Source: Fistulifera solaris (lineage: Eukaryota). Taken from it: DNA of 64,000 nt. The notes under the pieces are model-generated. The model was not told the origin of the DNA, did not search any database, and saw only the letters and a list, made by a program, of their open reading frames with translations. Position numbers and translations under genes: made by a program. Every line of letters starts with the position of its first letter. Positions within the stretch are counted from its first letter, which is position 1. The stretch spans positions 2,170,001-2,234,000 of the forward strand of contig AP026164.1 of the NCBI GenBank assembly GCA_030295235.1, written 5' to 3'. This document shows positions 58,651 through 64,000 of this stretch, in pieces.

Positions 58651-59318
58651 ATGATGATGATACGATGGAAGGCAATCGCCAGCATTCCGGCGTGTTTCTT
58701 TCTACCAATAGTACACGCACAAGATACTATCGAAAGCTTCCTTCAGGTTCGTTTCTTTCGGCATGTCGCCTCACAACTACTACTTTGTAGAGAAACAGAA
58801 AACTCACACCCACGTAGGCCTGTACGGACGATGCCGTCGACACGGTACGCACCGCCCTACAGGAACATCCCGACTGGTTGCACATTCGTTCGTCCCATGG
58901 TGAGACATGTTTGCACGTGGCGGGCATTTACGGTGCCTCTGCCGTGACCCGCGCGGTGTTGCAAGCCGGAGCCGATCCCAATGTCCGATCCACCTACGAA
59001 CATGGCTTACGGATGCATCCGCTCAGTTGGAATGTGTACGGTGGACATGTTACCAATGTACGGCTCTTGTTAGAACATGGGGCCGATCCGAATCTCGATG
59101 TGGATCCGATGGTGAAGGGTGCTTCACCCGAAACTGTGTTGGATATTGTGCAGCGAATATTAGGGGCATTTGACGAAAACTATAAAGACAATGAAAACCA
59201 AAACGAAGATTCCCGATATACAGCCTTTCGAGAAATAGAGAAATTGCTGGTGAAATACGATGCAAAGAGTTTCGATGCCTTGAATACTGTCGATGATTCT
59301 TCGCACGCCGAGTTGTGA
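58651..59318 (+). CDS. Ankyrin-repeat protein with signal peptide and C-terminal HAEL; intron 58747-58817
   Basis: MMMIRWKAIASIPACFFLPIVHA-Q, GETCLHVA, LQAGADPN, LLLEHGADPN; ends SSHAEL*. Confidence 0.85.
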
Positions 59319-59613
59319 GAAAAATATATAGAAATTCTAGCTTATTGGCGAATAATAACGCTGTTCATTAACCTACTGAAATAAAGAAAACGAAACCTTA
59401 AAAAAAACCTAGTGAACTCTTGTTCATGAATCGTTTTGTATACAACAGGAATCTTTTTACATACAATTGAAGACTTGCTACCAACGCGAAACACTCGAGT
59501 TCTGTTACATCCACTGCCATTATATAGGCACCTGTGTTTCGAGTGAGAAAGCCGTTAAAGCCCTTGCAAGAAGCATTGGCAGTAGTATAGTTCGACATGA
59601 ACCACGGCATGTA

Positions 59614-60459
59614 TCATACCAGTACACTCCGATGCACCATCAATTCTTTCCATTCTCGCACCAGTGGTGTGTGTCGCTCTTGTTTCACATCCTCCTCCGC
59701 CGCCGTACGACGGATCGTAGTGGTTGTATTTTTTAAAGATGGACTGTGTTCAACACCTTTCCGAGCATCTTTGAGTAACTGCAGCATGGCCGCATAATGC
59801 GGATTGCTTTTTTGCAAAACTTGTTGGGGTAAACTCCCTTGCAAGGTTACCGCGGATGCGGCAGCCGGATTCGACTCCAGCAGCCACTGAAAGACTTCGA
59901 GTCGATGACAGCTAACGCTGGCGGCGACATGCAAGGGCGTCCATCCCCGTTGATCGACGGCGTACGTCGACACCGGACAAGCCTCCAACAATAAGCGGAC
60001 CGTCGCCACATCCGCCTGATTCGAAAGAGCATAATGCAATGGTATTCGTTGTAAATTGTCTTTATGCAAACACATGTCGTGGGCCGGATCGGATTCATTG
60101 ACTCCACTACTCGTCAGAGACGCTCCGCGTAATAAGGCCGCAATCACTGCCGGACGGGCGCTCGTTCGACACGCACAATGCAAGGGTATTCGTTGATACG
60201 AAGACTCCGGTTTATACAAAGCCGCTGGAAATGCCTGAATCAAAGCTTCGATCAGTACCGCAGGAACCTGAGGACACGCACACGCTTGATGCAAGGGAAA
60301 GACGGTAGCATCTTTCAAACCGTCAAAGAATCCCTGCAACACAAAGCTGTGACTGGCTAACTTGGGTTTCTCTTGCACTAATTTGAGTGCGACTGTCCAT
60401 TGTTGATCCATTAATGCCAAACTGAGTTTGTTTTTGGTAGGTTTGTTTGTCATCAACAT
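59614..60459 (-). CDS. Ankyrin-like repeat protein
   Basis: Repeated PLH motifs (FPLHQAC, IPLHCAC, IPLHYAL, GWTPLHVAA). Confidence 0.85.
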   Translation of the reverse strand: MLMTNKPTKNKLSLALMDQQWTVALKLVQEKPKLASHSFVLQGFFDGLKDATVFPLHQACACPQVPAVLIEALIQAFPAALYKPESSYQRIPLHCACRTSARPAVIAALLRGASLTSSGVNESDPAHDMCLHKDNLQRIPLHYALSNQADVATVRLLLEACPVSTYAVDQRGWTPLHVAASVSCHRLEVFQWLLESNPAAASAVTLQGSLPQQVLQKSNPHYAAMLQLLKDARKGVEHSPSLKNTTTTIRRTAAEEDVKQERHTPLVREWKELMVHRSVLV

Positions 60460-61047
60460 GATTTGCAATGGTGATGAGGAAAAGTCGACTTGTTCGAGAA
60501 ACCGTAATACTCAACGTTTGATGGCGTTTTCTCCAACGAATAACTCTAGCGCTTCGTCAATCCAACGAAGTCACGACTTGTTTACCGCACGGGAAATGAT
60601 AATGAAGACAGGAAACAGAGGAATAATATTATCATAACAACAAAATAGGAAGCGGTTCTTTTTCTTTGTCTTTTTCTGCGTCGCGTGTGTGACTTTCTTA
60701 TCTTGTGACTTTGGGGCTTCTTTGCGTTAGTAAATTATGTACTTGGTTTGTCACATCGTGTTCTTCTTTTGGTGTGTAGAGCGATCCAGTTTAGAACCAA
60801 GATGCTAATTATAAAATATCTTATTTGTAAATATAGTCTGCATAAATAGTCGTAGAGGCTTCGCAACTTGGACTTTAAAGAGTATACTAAAGTCTAGCAA
60901 GACACGGTCATCGTCCGAACCCAACAACAACAACAAAAGCACCATGGTGATGTAGGTTGCAGACCATTTTAGAAACAGAAGCAAATCAAAGAATCCTTCA
61001 AAAGCGAGACTTTGACGATTGAAGTACCACTCTTATGATATAGCAAA

Positions 61048-63761
61048 ATGTGGGGCAATTTGAAGAATTTAGGTTCCAAAATGGAACAAATTGGGAGTGC
61101 CATTGCGCCGGTGTTGGCGGTTGACGACGGGGAATACAGTGACGATGAATACGAAGAGGAGGAAGAGGATGAATACTACAACGAAGACGATGAAGAAGAA
61201 CCAGGGCAACCCGGCAGTTCTGCACCGTTCGGATTTGTCGGAATGATTACCAAAGCGTTAGATAGAGAACAGAAAGTTTACAATGATACACATCCCCGAC
61301 TCAATTTTGACGAGGAGGAAGAAGAAGTCATTGATCTTATTCCTTTGGAAGAGAATGATTCTCAGCAACAACAAAACAAGAATGTAATGAAACAGGATTG
61401 GAGTGAATCATCGTACGTTCCGACACCGCACATTCCTGCAAAGGATCTGCAAGTGAATGAACAGTATCCAATTTCTCCGAGTTCGAAGCTTCGACACGCA
61501 TCGCAATTAATGATCGCGACAGATGAATCGAAGGAAAAGTTCGTGTCCGACAACATTCGTAGTCAGCAGGATGTGGATCTCGCGGGAACAAATGATTCTC
61601 CCCCGACTCACTCTCTCAAACCGTCCATGCCATCTCCTAACCATCCACCTTCCAATCTCCAAAATCCCATCACACGATCCCCGTCCGAGCAACGATCCCC
61701 CGCAACCTCCAAAGTTATGATGCCCACGGAAGAACCGCGACGTCCGAGTCTCATTCGAGAAAAAGGATCCGTTTCACCCAATACCCCCAAAGTAACCAAA
61801 CCGGTGGCGCGTCCTCCTAGTCAAAGCAATAGTACCGAGAAAATTGTTGAACTGGATAGTCCTGTCCGTCAGCGACCGCCCTTTCTGTATGCTCCTCCAC
61901 TGTCAGCTAGTTCCGAAGATGAAGGCGGCGAAGAGGATGACGACGACGAGGAAGAAGAAGAAAAAGAAACAAAAGATGACGCTTCATCCACTAGACTGGC
62001 CAAAGAAGCCATCGACGCGCAGCAACACCAACAGGAGCTTCCTCAATCCAACTCAGTGGTCACTTCATGTAGTGAATCGTCACTATCTCCAGGACATAAG
62101 CAACGTCATGCCTTTAAGCTTCCGCCACCTCTACCGTCGCCCAATCATTTCAAAGCTCCCGCTCCGCCGGAACATCAACCAGCGCCGAAAGTGCCTCTAT
62201 GTCACGATACAAAGGAGATGGAAGAACTTCGTCGTCACTGTCAAACATTAGAGCATCAATTGAAACAGACGGAAAGTCAAGTACAATCGCTGCGGAAACA
62301 AATCAAAGAATCGTCCACGTCAAATCACGATGAGGCACTTTACATTCAATTTCAAGAAAAAGAAGCACGTTTATTGGAAGCAGCCGCAGAGGAACATCAA
62401 CAACAGCTGAACCTATTACGTGGCGAGCTGGAAGGGAAACTAGGTGCTATTCAGCGACAGTTGAAAGGTGAGCAAGTGGAACATCAGGAAGAAAAGCAAA
62501 AGCTCTATCGACAATTGGAGGATGCTCTTAGACGCGCCGAGACAGTAGAACGAGAATCGAAGCGCACGCAAGCTCGGCAAGAGATTGAATTGAGCAACAA
62601 AGCCCGGGCCTTGGAGCATTCTTTGCGCATATCCGAAGATAAGTTGGCCCGATCCATGGCACTGTTGGACGAGAGAGAGGAAGAAATGGCTGCGCTCAAG
62701 AAGAATCTCAAAACGTTACAATCGACAATGACAGAGCACAGAGAAGGCGCGGAAGAAGTGGAGGAAGAGATGGATGAATTACATGCAGAAAATGAATCAC
62801 TACGACAGCACGTTGAGGTGTTAGAAGCGCAGTGTACTCAATTAAAAATGAAGGTGGAAGAGCTGCAGGCAGACACAGAAAAGTTGACTGCATTGAAGGT
62901 AAGAATCCTTTTAGGCTACTTTGTTACCCATATTTCTCCACTCATCGCTAGTTTTTCTTCGAACAGCTCGAACTCCGAATGTTGCGAGAAGATAGAGACC
63001 GTGATCTTGCTAAGATACAGTCGGTTGCAGAGACAACATCTGCAACATCAGCCCAACTAGAATCGGAGAGAGCTGCTTTGATAGCTGAGGTTCATGATTT
63101 AAAGCGACAACTAACAGCCGCACGTGCAGACATTGATCTGGCGAGAGCAGATACGGAACGTGTCATAACAGCGAATGCGAATCTACAACATGCGTTGGAA
63201 GCCTTTCAGAGTGAAAGAGATGCTGAGCTCGCTCTATTAGAAGACCAGCGGCGAGATATGGAAGAGGCCATGGTGGCGGCACATGCAGCTGCACTTGAAG
63301 CGACTCACGAGGCTCACGAAGCAGACATTCGTCGAATAAGACTCGAAGCCAACGAAGAGGTTGCCAAAGTGAGAATGGAAGTAACGAAGTTGGAAGAAAA
63401 GAACGATTTATTGAGAGCTGACAACGTGCAGATGCGACGATCGTTAGATGAAGCTATACAGCGCTTGCAGTCTACTCAAGAGGATATAATCGACAGAGCA
63501 ATCATGAAAAACATTCTTCTAGACTGGTTATCGAAGCCAGCAGCTAAAGAGCGTCGTCAGGTGCTAGAAGTCATGGCAAATCTTCTTCACTTTACGACAG
63601 AAGAGAAGGAGAAAGTCCACCTGGTCGACGAGGGAGCTTTCGGCAAAATAGTACACTCTGTTGCTCAATTGCCGCCACCCAAAGCAGATGTGGAGCACTT
63701 AAAGGGAGAAAACGTTAGAGAGAAATGGGTCAACTTTCTTCTTTCTGAGATTGAAGATTAA
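61048..63761 (+). CDS. GRAB-domain golgin (GMAP-210/Rud3-like); intron 62899-62966
   Basis: Long coiled coil, C-terminal IDRAIMKNILLDWL...VLEVMANLLHFT.EEKEKV (GRAB) and EKWVNFLLSE (GA1-like). Splicing joins the two ORFs in frame. Confidence 0.85.
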
Positions 63762-63775
63762 GGTATCTTAGACGA

Positions 63776-64000
63776 TTACACACCCATCATTCCGATTTTC
63801 TTCATACTCTCGTCGACTCTCTTTTGAGTCATCTCAGCAGTAAACTTTTTGTAGTCATTGAAGTCACCACGGAATCTTGTGGCTTTGCCTTCGTGCACAA
63901 CCCAAAGCTCAGAGCACGTTTTCGAAACAAAATACTGATCGTGGCTGACTACTAGTACCCCTCCTTTAAAATCTTGAACCGCTTCGACCAGTGCGTCGAC
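63776..64000 (-). CDS. ABC-F family protein (GCN20/ABCF3-like), C-terminal end only
   Basis: Reverse strand reads VDALVEAVQDFKGGVLVVSHDQYFVSKTCSELWVV...FRGDFNDYKK...GMMGV*; not in the ORF track. Confidence 0.88.
   Translation of the reverse strand, partial: VDALVEAVQDFKGGVLVVSHDQYFVSKTCSELWVVHEGKATRFRGDFNDYKKFTAEMTQKRVDESMKKIGMMGV

Overview
Gene-dense eukaryotic nuclear DNA from a photosynthetic stramenopile, almost certainly a pennate diatom. Evidence: short GT-AG introns, bipartite signal-peptide/AF plastid presequences, an Lhcx gene and a cyclase-phosphodiesterase fusion. About 34 protein-coding loci are recognisable. Many essential genes are broken by single-base slips, several in homopolymer runs, which points to long-read consensus errors rather than pseudogenes. 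I found no rRNA, tRNA, CRISPR array or intact transposon. The most interesting element is a head-to-head pair at 2180-6532: a hybrid-cluster protein (Hcp) and a stand-alone FMN/FAD diflavin reductase. Both carry mitochondrial-type presequences, and the reductase lacks the usual NADPH-specificity residues. By inference this is a candidate mitochondrial NADH-to-Hcp (NO/hydroxylamine-reducing) module that uses a different reductase from bacterial Hcr. Other points of interest: a dense TGACGT/ACGT cluster upstream of Lhcx, a dispersed stem-loop plus tandem-tail repeat flanked by a 14-bp direct repeat, an NPF-rich LRR membrane protein, diverged paralog pairs (GH18 chitinases, M43 proteases), and a small mitochondrial gene that the ORF track captures only in part.
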